DNA of 64,000 nucleotides from Gaiellaceae bacterium (GTDB lineage Bacteria > Actinomycetota > Thermoleophilia > Gaiellales > Gaiellaceae): contig DATHVD010000046.1 of assembly GCA_035461525.1 (NCBI GenBank), positions 14,636 through 78,635 of the forward strand. Direction: 5' to 3'. Position numbers and translations under genes: made by a program. Within the stretch, counting starts at the first letter, position 1; every line of letters starts with the position of its first letter. The notes under the pieces are model-generated. The model saw nothing but the letters and a program-made list of their open reading frames with translations, ran no database searches and was not told where the DNA came from. Below are positions 37,083 to 46,675 of the stretch, piece by piece.

Positions 37083-37370
37083 ATGGCCGCCCGAAACGAC
37101 CGCGGACGCAGGCTCGGGATCGCCCTCGCGGCCGCCCTCGTCGCGGCGGCCGTGACGAAGGAGCTCCGCAAGCCCTCCTCGGAGCGCACGTGGGAGGGGC
37201 GGCTCGCCGGCTTCCTGCCCTACGACCTCCGCGTCCCGACGCCGGCGCGGCTTCGCGCCGCTTTCTGGAACCCGGACGACCCGACGATCTTCACGCCGCG
37301 CCCGCTCGGGGTCGGCTGGGTCGTGAACGTCGGCCGCGTCGTCCGGCTCGCGCGCGAGCGCGTCTCGTAG
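37083..37370 (+). CDS. small membrane-associated protein (DUF5808-like)
   Basis: 95 aa. An N-terminal hydrophobic helix is followed by PYDLR.PT..R....FWNPDDP.IF.P...GVGW..N. The family is recalled from memory. Confidence 0.4.
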   Translation: MAARNDRGRRLGIALAAALVAAAVTKELRKPSSERTWEGRLAGFLPYDLRVPTPARLRAAFWNPDDPTIFTPRPLGVGWVVNVGRVVRLARERVS

Positions 37371-37459
37371 ACGAACGCCGCGGAGAGCCGCCGCTTCCCC
37401 GCCCCGGGGCGCGCTGCCTCTTGTGTCCGGGCCGAGGCGAGGTCTAGGATCGGCGGGCA

Positions 37460-37888
37460 ATGCCGGACTGGGCGATCTGGATCGTCGCCGCGGCGGCGCT
37501 AGCGGGGGTGGAGGCTCTCACGCTCGTCTTCCTCTGCGGGCCGCTCGCGGTCGCCGCCCTCCTCGCCGCGGCGGTCGCCGCCGCCGGCGCGAGCGTCGTG
37601 GTCCAGCTCGGCGTCTTCGTCGCCGGCTCGGTCGCCTCGCTCCTCGTCCTGCGGCCGATCGCGCGCCGGCACCTGCGCTCGCCGGGCCAGCTCCGCTCGG
37701 GAACCGCGGGGCTCGTCGGCGCGACGGCGGTGGTGCTCGAGCGGGTCGACGGCGAGAACGGGCTCGTCAAGCTCGCCGGCGAGACGTGGACGGCACGGTC
37801 CTTCGACGATGCCCGCGCCTTCGAGCCGGGGGAGCGCGTGTCCGTCCTGCAGATCGAGGGCGCCACGGCGCTCGTATCCGACTACTAG
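37460..37888 (+). CDS. NfeD family membrane protein
   Basis: 142 aa. Two or three TM helices are followed by a C-terminal OB-fold (G..G.......G.V...GE.W.A......I..G..V.V). Confidence 0.75.
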   Translation: MPDWAIWIVAAAALAGVEALTLVFLCGPLAVAALLAAAVAAAGASVVVQLGVFVAGSVASLLVLRPIARRHLRSPGQLRSGTAGLVGATAVVLERVDGENGLVKLAGETWTARSFDDARAFEPGERVSVLQIEGATALVSDY

Positions 37889-37897
37889 GAGGCAATC

Positions 37898-38803
37898 GTG
37901 GCCGGCGTCATCGTGCTCGTCTTCATCGCCCTCGTCGTCATCGTCGTCCTCTTCCTCGGCGTGCGCATCATCCCCCAGGCCCAGGCGGGGATCGTCGAGC
38001 GGCTCGGCCGCTACCACCGCACGCTCGACCCTGGCCTCTCCCTCATCGTCCCCTTCATCGACCGCGTCCGGCCGCTGATCGACCTGCGCGAGCAGGTCGT
38101 CTCCTTCCCGCCCCAGCCGGTCATCACCGAGGACAACCTCGTCGTCGAGATCGACTCGGTCATCTACTACCAGGTGACCGACCCCAAGGCGGCCACGTAC
38201 GAGATCTCCAACTACATCACGGCGATCGAGCAGCTCACGGTGACGACGCTCAGGAACGTGATCGGCGGGATGCACCTCGAGGCCACGCTCACCTCCCGCG
38301 ACCAGATCAACGCCCAGCTCCGCGGCGTCCTCGACGAGGCGACGGGCAGGTGGGGAATCCGCGTCAACCGGGTCGAGCTGAAGGCGATCGACCCGCCAGC
38401 GACGATCCAGGAGGCGATGGAGAAGCAGATGCGGGCCGAGCGCGACAAGCGCGCCGCCATCCTCCACGCGGAGGGTGTGAAGCAGTCCCAGATCCTCACG
38501 GCCGAGGGCGAGAAGCAGAGCTCGATCCTGAGAGCCGAGGGCGAGCGCGAGGCGCAGATCCTGCGGGCGCAGGGCCAGGCGGAGGCGATCGACAACGTCT
38601 TCAAGGCGGTTCACGAGGGCGACGCCGACGAGAAGCTCCTCGCCTACCAGTACCTGCAGGTGCTCCCGCAGATCGCGCAGGGCCAGTCGAACAAGCTCTG
38701 GATCATCCCGAGCGAGTTCTCGCAGGCGCTCGGCCGCCTCAACCTCACCGTCGGCCCGGCCCCCGACGGGAAGTCGGACGCTAAGCCGCGCGCGGCAGAG
38801 TGA
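37898..38803 (+). CDS. SPFH/band-7 (stomatin-like) protein
   Basis: 301 aa. Has an N-terminal TM segment, the IIPQAQAGIVERLGRY motif and a coiled-coil EAEGE.Q region. Pairing with NfeD is canonical. Confidence 0.85.
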   Translation: MAGVIVLVFIALVVIVVLFLGVRIIPQAQAGIVERLGRYHRTLDPGLSLIVPFIDRVRPLIDLREQVVSFPPQPVITEDNLVVEIDSVIYYQVTDPKAATYEISNYITAIEQLTVTTLRNVIGGMHLEATLTSRDQINAQLRGVLDEATGRWGIRVNRVELKAIDPPATIQEAMEKQMRAERDKRAAILHAEGVKQSQILTAEGEKQSSILRAEGEREAQILRAQGQAEAIDNVFKAVHEGDADEKLLAYQYLQVLPQIAQGQSNKLWIIPSEFSQALGRLNLTVGPAPDGKSDAKPRAAE

Positions 38804-39851
38804 AGGAGACCCTGGCGCCGCCGTCCGGGCCCGACTCCGCCCAGATCCTCCCGCCGTGGGCCTCGACCAGGCCGCGGGCGATGGCGAGGCCGAGCCCGGC
38901 GCCGCCGGGAGGCCGCGAGCGGTCGCCGCGCCAGAACCGGTCGAACATGCGGCGCACGGCCTCGGCCGAGAGCCCCTCGCCCGTGTCCTCGACGCTGACG
39001 CGCACCTCGGAGGCGAGCGGCTCGACCACGACCGCGACCGAGCCGTCCGACGGCGTGTGCCTGAGCGCGTTCGCGAGCAGGTTGTAGAGCACACGCTCGA
39101 CCTTCTCCGGGGCGGCGCGCACGAGCGCGCCCTCGCCTCTCAGCTGCGCGCGCAGCGTCACGTGCCGCGCCGCCGCCTCGGCCTCGAGCCCGCGCAGGCA
39201 GGCGTCCACGAGCGGGCCGAGGGCCAGCTCGCGCAGCTCGAGCGTCAAGACGCCGGCGTCGATCCGGGCGAGCTCGAAGAGGTCGTCGACGAGCAGCCCG
39301 AGCGTCCTCACCTGGTCGCGGAGAGCGGGGAGGTATCGCTCCGGCTCCGCGAGCCCGTCCTCGAGCGCCTCGAGCATCGCCTGCATCGAGGCGAGCGGCG
39401 TCCGCAGGTCGTGGGAGGCCCAGGCGACGAGCTGGCGGCGCGCGTCGAAGAGGCCCTCGACGTTCGCGGCCATCTCGTTGAAGGACGAGGCCAGGTCCGC
39501 CAGCTCCGCCGGCCCGCCCTCGGGCGCCCGCGCGGCGAGGTCGCCGCGGGCGAGCGCCGAGGACGCGCCCCGGACGCGCTCGATCGACCGCAGGATCGAG
39601 CCTCCGAGGAGGAAGGAGGCGACGAGCGCGACGGTGGCCGAGGCGGAGGCCACGGCCAGGATCGTCAGGTCGTGCTCGGAGTCGAACATGACGAGGCCGG
39701 AGAGGAGCACGGCCGCGAGCGGCAGAAGCACCGCCAGGAGCGCGAGCCCCGCCAGCTGGAGCCGTAGCGTCGGCAGCCGGCGGAGGAGGAGCGCGACGGC
39801 CAGGCCCGCGGCGAGCGTGGCGCCGGCGACGGCGAGGGCGAAGCCGATCAC
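38781..39851 (-). CDS. sensor histidine kinase (TM-HAMP-HisKA-HATPase)
   Basis: The H-box is SHDLRTPL, the N-box is NLLANALRHT and the G-boxes are DTGEGL/GGAGLGLAI. The start is set at GTG 39851 (GTGA overlap with the regulator). The longest ORF starts at 39878. Confidence 0.85.
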   Translation of the reverse strand: MIGFALAVAGATLAAGLAVALLLRRLPTLRLQLAGLALLAVLLPLAAVLLSGLVMFDSEHDLTILAVASASATVALVASFLLGGSILRSIERVRGASSALARGDLAARAPEGGPAELADLASSFNEMAANVEGLFDARRQLVAWASHDLRTPLASMQAMLEALEDGLAEPERYLPALRDQVRTLGLLVDDLFELARIDAGVLTLELRELALGPLVDACLRGLEAEAAARHVTLRAQLRGEGALVRAAPEKVERVLYNLLANALRHTPSDGSVAVVVEPLASEVRVSVEDTGEGLSAEAVRRMFDRFWRGDRSRPPGGAGLGLAIARGLVEAHGGRIWAESGPDGGARVSFTLPRAA

Positions 39852-40525
39852 GCCACGAACCTGTAGCCGACGCCCCACACGGTCTCGAGGAAGCGCGGCC
39901 GCGAAGGGTCGTCCTCGATCTTCTCGCGGAGCCGGCGCACGTGCACGGTGACCGTGCCCGTGTCGAGCGCGGCCTCGTAGCCCCAGACCCGGTCCATGAG
40001 GTGGTCGCGCGAGAACACCTGCCGCGGGTTGTTCGCCAGGAACCAGAGCAGGTCGAACTCCTTCGCGGTCAGGCGCACCGGCGCGCCGCGTTTCGTGACG
40101 TCGCGGCTGCGCCCGTCGATCTCGAGCCCGTCGAAGGAGAGCCGCTCGGCCTTGGCCGCGCCGGGCTCCGTACGGCGAAGGACGGTGCGGACGCGCGCAG
40201 CCAGCTCGCGCGGCGAGAACGGCTTCGTCACGTAGTCGTCGGCGCCCAGCTCGAGGCCGACGATGCGGTCTGCCTCCTCCCCCCGGGCCGTGAGCATGAT
40301 GACGGGGACGTCGGAGCGGGCCCGGATCCAGCGGCAGAGCTCGAGCCCGTCCGTCCCCGGGAGCATGAGGTCGAGGACGACGAGGCTCGGGTCCTCCTCC
40401 TCGAGGAGCGCGCGGGCGCTGTCGCCGTCGCCGGCCTCGAGCGTGCGGAAGCCGGCGCGGCGGAGGTACTCGGCGACGACCTCGCGGACGATGGGCTCGT
40501 CGTCGACGACCAGCACGGTGGTCAT
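39848..40525 (-). CDS. OmpR-family response regulator
   Basis: 225 aa counted from ATG 40525. The receiver domain has DD...., the phospho-acceptor D in VVLDLMLPG, and KPF. A winged-helix output is present (LT.KEFDLL..L....VFSR..L). Confidence 0.9.
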   Translation of the reverse strand: MTTVLVVDDEPIVREVVAEYLRRAGFRTLEAGDGDSARALLEEEDPSLVVLDLMLPGTDGLELCRWIRARSDVPVIMLTARGEEADRIVGLELGADDYVTKPFSPRELAARVRTVLRRTEPGAAKAERLSFDGLEIDGRSRDVTKRGAPVRLTAKEFDLLWFLANNPRQVFSRDHLMDRVWGYEAALDTGTVTVHVRRLREKIEDDPSRPRFLETVWGVGYRFVA

Positions 40526-40599
40526 AGCCCCAATTAGACCTCCTGCAGGGGCGATCGGGGCGGCCGGGTACCGCCCCGATCGGGAGAAGCGCGCGGAGA

Positions 40600-40968
40600 T
40601 CAGGCCTTGATGAGCGGGCACACGAAGCGGATGCCGCTGTCCTCGAGGGAGCTCGCCGCGGCGACGACGTCGTCGGCGTTGGTGAGCTGGCTCGTGATCC
40701 CGAAGGCCATGACGACCTTCCAGCGGCCGCCGTTGTAGCCGGGAACGCCCGGCGCCACCTCGGAGACCGACGCGCACGCGGGGCAGTCGGGGAAGACGTA
40801 GATCGTGTCGGTCGGGCCGCTCTTGAACGAGGTGGGGGTCGCGATCGTCTTGTATGCCTGATCGAACGCCCAGATCGTCCCGGAGGGCGGTCCCAGGCCG
40901 TTGCCGGCGGCGGTCGCCGGGACGGCGAGCGCGGCGGCGGCGAGGGCGAGCAGCGCGAGTCGTCTCAT
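40600..40968 (-). CDS. small secreted hypothetical protein
   Basis: 122 aa with a signal peptide (MRRLALLALAAAALAVPATAAG). The mature part has three Cys (CPAC plus one C-terminal). No family was recognised. Confidence 0.45.
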   Translation of the reverse strand: MRRLALLALAAAALAVPATAAGNGLGPPSGTIWAFDQAYKTIATPTSFKSGPTDTIYVFPDCPACASVSEVAPGVPGYNGGRWKVVMAFGITSQLTNADDVVAAASSLEDSGIRFVCPLIKA

Positions 40969-41048
40969 GTCCTCTCCTTGCTCGGGATTGCGGCCGGAAC
41001 GCTACGACGGCGAGATTGCGACGCTCTTACGCGCCGGTTACGGCCGGC

Positions 41049-41771
41049 TTAATCCGGCAGCCGCACGTCGCCGCCCGCGACGGCGACGAGGCCGTCGCGG
41101 GCGAGCGAGGCGACCGCCTCGGCGTCGAGCTCCTCCGCCGGCCGCGGCGCAACTGCGACGGCGCGGAGGACGCGCGCCCGCCGCTGGCGGAAGGAGCCCT
41201 CGAAGCGCCCCTGCCGCCGCAGCGGCTCGTAACGACGGCCCCGCGACGGGCAGCCCTCCGCGAGCGGGCAGGCGCCGCAGCGGGGCACCCGCGCCAGGCA
41301 AATCGTCGCGCCGAGGTCCATGAGCGCCTGCCCGCATGCGGCCGAGAACCTGTGCCCCGTGCGCTCCTGCACGCGGCGCACATTCGTGTCCACGGGAACC
41401 ACGTCCGCGCCGAAGGCGAAGGCCGCGACCGCGTCGGCCGTGTATCGCCCGACGCCGGGGAGCTCGGTGAGGTCGTCCGGCCAGCCGCGTGCGGCGATTC
41501 GCTGCGCGGCGCGGTGGAGCGCCACCGCCCGTCGGTTGTAGCCGAGCCCCTGCCAGGCGCGAATGACGTCCGCGAGCGGAGCGGCCGCGAGCGCCTCTGC
41601 GGTCGGCCAGCCCTCCAGCCACTTGCGCCAGCGCGGCACGACCCGCTCCACCTGGGTCTGCTGAAGCATGACCTCGGAGACGAGGATCGCGTATGGATCC
41701 CGCGTTCGCCGCCAGGGGAGGTCGCGCCCCTGCTCGCGAAACCAGGCGAGGAGCAGGCCGTCGAGATCCAC
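41049..41771 (-). CDS. HhH-GPD/[4Fe-4S] adenine DNA glycosylase (short MutY-like)
   Basis: 240 aa. Contains PYAILVSE.MLQQTQV, LPGVGRYTA and VDTNV motifs. The cluster loop is C-x6-C-x2-C-x5-C (CLARVPRCGACPLAEGC). The region after the cluster is too short for a full NUDIX-like domain. Confidence 0.7.
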   Translation of the reverse strand: MDLDGLLLAWFREQGRDLPWRRTRDPYAILVSEVMLQQTQVERVVPRWRKWLEGWPTAEALAAAPLADVIRAWQGLGYNRRAVALHRAAQRIAARGWPDDLTELPGVGRYTADAVAAFAFGADVVPVDTNVRRVQERTGHRFSAACGQALMDLGATICLARVPRCGACPLAEGCPSRGRRYEPLRRQGRFEGSFRQRRARVLRAVAVAPRPAEELDAEAVASLARDGLVAVAGGDVRLPD

Positions 41772-41819
41772 GCGAGAATCCTAGGCGAGACGGCGGAGGC
41801 CGATCAGAGCAGGTACCTG

Positions 41820-42395
41820 ATCATCGGGTGGTCAAGGCACGCGCCAGCGGCACCGATGGGTCGCCGGCGAGCAGCTGCGGGCGATCGAGCCCGGCGCGCT
41901 TCTCCACGACGTCGGCAAGATCCGCGTCCCGGAGTCGATCCTGAAGAAGCCGGGCCCGCTCACCCCGGAGGAGTGGGCGGTCATGCGCAGGCACACGGAG
42001 GCCGGCGAGGCCATCCTGGCGCCGATCTCGTCGCTCCTGGACGTGCTCCCGATCGTGCGCTCGAGCCACGAGCGCTGGGACGGCGCCGGCTACCCCGACG
42101 GGCTGAGCGGCAACGCCATCCCCCTTGGCGCCCGCATGTCTCCGTCGCGGACGCCTACCGGGCGATGGTGGAGCCGCGGCCCTACCGGCGCCCGCTCGAA
42201 GCAGAGGAGGCCCTGCGCGAGCTCAGTGACCACGCCGGGACGCAGTTCGATCCGGCGTGCGTCGAGGCGATCCTCCACGTCCTCGGCGAGCGTGAGGCGG
42301 CGCCCGTGCTGAAGCTCCACCGACCGGGCGACCCGCCAGACACCCGTGAGCGTCAGGCGAAGATCGCGGCCAATGCCTCGCGCATGACCGCCTGA
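41820..42395 (+). pseudogene. HD-GYP domain (cyclic-dinucleotide phosphodiesterase) remnant, N-terminally truncated and frameshifted
   Basis: One frame reads LLHDVGKIRVPESILKKPGPLTPEEW..MRRHTEAGEAIL...HERWDGAGYPDGL.G..IPLGAR. After about 42135 the continuation SVADAYRAMVEPRPYRRPL...FDP is in another frame. An in-frame TGA about 28 codons before LHDVGK removes the first half of the HD domain. Confidence 0.65.
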
Positions 42396-43192
42396 TCCGG
42401 CGTCACGCCCGTCCAGTACTCGACGCTCAGGGCACCCTGGGCGACGAGCATCTCCAGGCCGTCCACCGTCTCGCAGCCGGCGTCGGCCGCCTCGCAGAGG
42501 AAGCGGGTCCGGGGCGGGTTCGGGATCACGTCCGCGACGATCAGGCCCGGTCGCAGCGACTCCCGGGCGACCGGGACGCGGGCTTCGACGTCCGGGTGCA
42601 GGCCGATCGACGTCGCGTTCACGAGCACGTCGGTCCGGGGCGGGACGGCCAGCTCGCCCTCCCAGGGGATGAAGCGCGCCGCGACCCCGAGCCCGGCGAC
42701 GAGGCCGGACAGCTCGCGGCCGCGCTCCTCGGTGCGGTTGGCGACTCCGATCTCCGCGACGCCCGCGAGCGCCAGCTCGACGGCGATGGCCCGCGCCGCG
42801 CCGCCGGCGCCGAGGACGACGGCGCGCAGACCCGGGGGATCCACGCGCCGCTGCAGCGCCGCGAGGAATCCGCGTCCGTCGGTGTTCTCGCCGACGAGCT
42901 CGCCGTCGCGGGCGACGACGGTGTTGACGGCGCCGATCAGAGCGGCCGACTCGCCCAGCCGGTCGAGGTGCTCGACGACGGCGACCTTGTGCGGCAGCGT
43001 GCAGTGGAAGCCGCGGAAGCCCATCGCCCTCGCCCCCGCGACCGCCGTGCCGAGATCCTCTGGAGCGACCTCGATCGTGAGGTAGCGCCAGTCGAGCCCG
43101 TGGCGGCGGAAGGCCGCCTCGACCATGACCTGCGTCGGGTTCTCGTCGACCGGGCGGCCGAAGAGGGCGACGAGCTCCTGCCGGAACGTCAC
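42353..43192 (-). CDS. aroE: shikimate dehydrogenase family protein
   Basis: 279 aa. Contains G.N.T.PHK, NT and NTDG.G motifs, and a Rossmann GAGGAARA motif. The GTG start overlaps the LacI stop (GTGA). Confidence 0.75.
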   Translation of the reverse strand: MTFRQELVALFGRPVDENPTQVMVEAAFRRHGLDWRYLTIEVAPEDLGTAVAGARAMGFRGFHCTLPHKVAVVEHLDRLGESAALIGAVNTVVARDGELVGENTDGRGFLAALQRRVDPPGLRAVVLGAGGAARAIAVELALAGVAEIGVANRTEERGRELSGLVAGLGVAARFIPWEGELAVPPRTDVLVNATSIGLHPDVEARVPVARESLRPGLIVADVIPNPPRTRFLCEAADAGCETVDGLEMLVAQGALSVEYWTGVTPDQAVMREALAAIFA

Positions 43193-44199
43193 GGGCCCCG
43201 CTCCTCCGGCGGAGCGCTCGACCCGCGCTCCACGAGCTCGGGCTCGAGCGTGACCGTGCGCGGCGGCCCGGTCTCGCCCGCGAGCCGTGCCTCGAGGAGG
43301 CGGGCGGTCGCCTCTCCCAGCGCGCGACCCGGCTGGCGGACAGTCGTCAGCGGCGGAGAGGTGAAGGCCGCGTAGGCGATGTCGTCGTAGCCCACGAGGC
43401 TGAGGTCCGCCGGCACGGCGACGCCGAGCTCGCCCGCCGCCTTGAGGACGCCCATGGCCAGGAGGTCGTTGCCGGCGCAGAACGCGGTGGGACGGGCGGG
43501 CGAGCGGAGGAGCGTGAGGGCGTGCTCGTAGCCGCTCGCCAGCGTGAACGCGCCGCTGCTCGAGGCCGCGAGCTCCAGGCCGTGTGCCGCGAGCGCCGCC
43601 TCGATCCCGGCGCGCCTCTCCCTCGCGGTTCCGAGTGCCGGATCGCCGTCCAGGTAGCCGATCCGGCCGTGGCCGAGCCGGACGAGGTGCTCCACCGCGA
43701 GCGCCATGCCGGCGCGGTTGTCGCCCACGACCGCGTCGGCCGCGATCGGCACCGGCCGGTCGACGACCACGGTCGGGACCTCGGCCGCGACGACGGCCAG
43801 GAAGTCCAGGTCGCTTCCGGCCGTCACCGCGACGATCGCCGCGTCCACACGCCGCGAGAGGAAGCTCTCGAGGTACCGCCGCTCGCGCTCCGGGTCGTTC
43901 GCCGAGCTGCCGAAGAGCACTGCGTGCTCGACGTCGGCCATGGCCCGCTCCACCTCCCAGATGAGGTCGGCGAAGAACGGGTTCGTCACGTCGGGGACGA
44001 CCATGCCGATCGTCTGCGTGCGCCGGCGGTTGAGGGCCCGCGCGATCGTGTTCGGGCGGTAGTGGAGCGCCGCGATCGCGGCCTCGACGCGGGCGCGCGT
44101 CGCCGGCCGCACGGTGCGCGAGCCCGAGAGGACATGCGAGACGGTGCCGACGGAGACGCCGGCGGTCCGCGCCACGTCGCGGATCGTGCTCCGGCTCAC
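43189..44199 (-). CDS. LacI family transcriptional regulator
   Basis: The GTG start overlaps the hydantoinase stop. The N-terminal HTH is TIRDVARTAGVSVGTVSHVL.G. A periplasmic-binding-like core follows. Confidence 0.85.
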   Translation of the reverse strand: MSRSTIRDVARTAGVSVGTVSHVLSGSRTVRPATRARVEAAIAALHYRPNTIARALNRRRTQTIGMVVPDVTNPFFADLIWEVERAMADVEHAVLFGSSANDPERERRYLESFLSRRVDAAIVAVTAGSDLDFLAVVAAEVPTVVVDRPVPIAADAVVGDNRAGMALAVEHLVRLGHGRIGYLDGDPALGTARERRAGIEAALAAHGLELAASSSGAFTLASGYEHALTLLRSPARPTAFCAGNDLLAMGVLKAAGELGVAVPADLSLVGYDDIAYAAFTSPPLTTVRQPGRALGEATARLLEARLAGETGPPRTVTLEPELVERGSSAPPEERGP

Positions 44200-45644
44200 A
44201 GCGCGGGTCCGGCGAGGAGCTCCGGGTCGATCCGCCGCGGGAGCCACCGCCCGTCGGCCGGCGTCCCCAGGAGCCGGCCGTCCTCGACGACGACCTTCCC
44301 GCGCAGGACGGTCGTCACCGGCCAGCCGCGTACGTCCCAGCCCTCCCAGGGGCTGTAGTCGGAGTCGTGGTGGAGGTCGTCGAGCGCGATCGTGCGCTCG
44401 GCGTCGGGATCCCAGAGCACCAGGTCGGCGTCGCTTCCCGGCGCGATGACGCCCTTGCGCGGGTAGAGGCCCATGAGCCGTGCGGGGCTCGTGGAGAAGA
44501 CCTCGACGAATCGCTCGAGCGGCATCCGCCCGGCCGCGACGCCTTCCGAGTACCCGATCGTGCCCCTCGTCTCGACGCCGACGTGGCCGCCGGGCGTCGT
44601 CTGGATCGTCGCCCCGGCCATCTTCACAGCGAACGAGGTCGTGTACTCGTCGGTGGCGAGCGTCGAGAGCCGGCCGTCGGCGAGCCCCTCCCACAGCGGC
44701 TCCTGGTGGCCGGGCGGCTTCAGCCCCATGCCGATGTGGTACTTCGCCCCGTCGGGCCTCGCGTAGTGGTCGGTGGAGAAGCAGAGGAGGTTGTGCAGCG
44801 TCTCGCCGTAGACAGGGAGGCCGCGGGCCCGGAGCTCGGCGATCGCGTCGAGCGGCTCCCTGCCTCCCACGTGGACGACGTAGAGGCCGGCGCCCGCCTC
44901 CTCCGCCATCCGGGCGACCGAGCGGACGGCGAGCTCCTCTCCGAGCGTCGTGTGCACGAGGCTCACGTTGGCGAGGACGCGGTCCTCGCCCGTCTCGGCG
45001 AGGCGCGCCTCCATGTGCTTGATCAGGTCGTCGTCCTCGGCGTGCACCATCACCATCGCCCCGTGCGCGGCGCACTCTCGCATGACGGCCAGCGCTGAGC
45101 CGTTGTCGATGCGCACGCCCGCCTGTCCGGTCGTCAGGTCGGTGGTGAAGAGCTTCATCGTCGCCGTGCCGTCCTGGACCGCCTCGCCGACGGTGGCGAT
45201 CGTCCGCTCTGACGGGCTCCCGGTGAGCACGGGGTGGAAGCCGAAGTCCGTGTGCGAGCTGCCGGCGAAGACCTCGCGGCGGTGCTCGACGGCGCGGCCC
45301 GCGTGGAACTGCTCCTCGGTCACGTGCACCGCCATGAAGGCGAAGGAGAGGACGGTCGTCGTGCCGCCGAAGATCGCCGCGCGCGTGGCGCCCTCGACGC
45401 CCTGGAGCCAGACCTCCTCGCCCCCCGACCAGCCGCGGTACATGGGCTCGAAGATGTGCGCGTGCGGCTCGACGCCGCCGGGGAGGACGAGGTTCCCGGT
45501 CGCGTCCAGGATGCGCGCGCCGCCGGCGGGGAGCACGCCCGGCTCGGCCACGGCCGCGATCCGCTCGCCGCTCACCGCGACGTCGAGGAGGGCCGTCCGG
45601 CCCGGCGTGACGACTGTGCCGCCCGTGACGAGCAGGTCGATCAC
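44196..45644 (-). CDS. cyclic amidohydrolase (dihydropyrimidinase/D-hydantoinase family)
   Basis: 482 aa. HxH is in PGGVEPHAHI. Also present are a candidate carbamylated Lys in TMKLF, VHAED, and the C-terminal GSDADLV.WDP. The GTG start overlaps the upstream stop. Confidence 0.75.
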   Translation of the reverse strand: MIDLLVTGGTVVTPGRTALLDVAVSGERIAAVAEPGVLPAGGARILDATGNLVLPGGVEPHAHIFEPMYRGWSGGEEVWLQGVEGATRAAIFGGTTTVLSFAFMAVHVTEEQFHAGRAVEHRREVFAGSSHTDFGFHPVLTGSPSERTIATVGEAVQDGTATMKLFTTDLTTGQAGVRIDNGSALAVMRECAAHGAMVMVHAEDDDLIKHMEARLAETGEDRVLANVSLVHTTLGEELAVRSVARMAEEAGAGLYVVHVGGREPLDAIAELRARGLPVYGETLHNLLCFSTDHYARPDGAKYHIGMGLKPPGHQEPLWEGLADGRLSTLATDEYTTSFAVKMAGATIQTTPGGHVGVETRGTIGYSEGVAAGRMPLERFVEVFSTSPARLMGLYPRKGVIAPGSDADLVLWDPDAERTIALDDLHHDSDYSPWEGWDVRGWPVTTVLRGKVVVEDGRLLGTPADGRWLPRRIDPELLAGPAL

Positions 45645-46675
45645 GCAGGCCCCTTCCCGAAGCGCGGGAGAACGAGCCGCGCCCACTTCGTGATGCGCTC
45701 CTCGTGCTCGGGCAGCTCCGCGTCGATGGCGCCGTCGAAGTTCCGGGCGCCCGCGTCCATGGCCGCGCGGACCTGGCTCTCGACCTCGTCCGGGGTCCCG
45801 GAGAACACGAAGCGGCGCCGCAGGTACTCGCCGACGCCGAGCTCCTCCGCCAGGCGAGCGTAGCGGGCCTGCTGCTCGGGCGGCACGGCGCCGTGCGTGC
45901 CGAGGTCGTACGCCTGCCCGAGAGCGACGACGCCGTCGCGGTGCTCGTCCGGGACGAAGCGGCCGTCGACGCCCCAGCGCGCGAAGTGGAGCGCGAACGC
46001 GGTCGCCGCCCAGGCTGCCTTCTCCGCGGCGGCGCCCGGCTCCTCCTCGACGAACCAGAAGCACGTGAACCAGACCTCGATGTCGGCGAGCGTGCGGCCC
46101 GCCTCGCGGGCGCTCCGCTCCAGCACCTCGAGCGAGCTCCGCACCACCTCGGGCGTCACTCCCAGGCCGACGACGACGCCGTCGGCGACCCGCCCGGCCA
46201 GCTCGAGCGAGCGGGGGCCGTGCGCGGAGAGGACGATCGGGATCGAGCGGCCGGCGCCCCAGTCCAGGCGTCCGTCGCGCCCTTCCCAGGCCGCGCGCCC
46301 GTCCCGGAGGAGCGAGCGGACGGCGTGGACGTACTCCTCGAGGACGGCGAGCCGCGCTGCCTTCATCCCCAGGTGCCAGACGCCGGTGCCGCCGGCGCCG
46401 ATGCCGAGGTACGTCCGCCCCGGCGCGAGCTCGTCGAGCGTGGCGATCGCGCTCGCCGTCACGACCGGATGGCGGCTGAGCGGGTTCGTGACCCAGGTGC
46501 CGAGCCGGATCCGCTCGGTCGCGCCGGCGACCGCGGCGAGCGTCACCCAGGACTCCCGGAAGAGCGCGGGCGAGTCCCAGATGCCGATGCGGTCGAAGCC
46601 GAGCGCCTCCGCCCGGGCGGCCTCGGCCGCGACGCCGGCCGCCGGGCCGGGGCTGACACTGAAGCCGAAGCTCAT
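45641..46675 (-). CDS. luciferase-like (LLM class) flavin/F420-dependent oxidoreductase
   Basis: 344 aa. FD.I...D, RI.LGT.V.NP..RHP and L.PGR..LGIG.G are typical of the LLM TIM-barrel. Confidence 0.7.
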   Translation of the reverse strand: MSFGFSVSPGPAAGVAAEAARAEALGFDRIGIWDSPALFRESWVTLAAVAGATERIRLGTWVTNPLSRHPVVTASAIATLDELAPGRTYLGIGAGGTGVWHLGMKAARLAVLEEYVHAVRSLLRDGRAAWEGRDGRLDWGAGRSIPIVLSAHGPRSLELAGRVADGVVVGLGVTPEVVRSSLEVLERSAREAGRTLADIEVWFTCFWFVEEEPGAAAEKAAWAATAFALHFARWGVDGRFVPDEHRDGVVALGQAYDLGTHGAVPPEQQARYARLAEELGVGEYLRRRFVFSGTPDEVESQVRAAMDAGARNFDGAIDAELPEHEERITKWARLVLPRFGKGPA

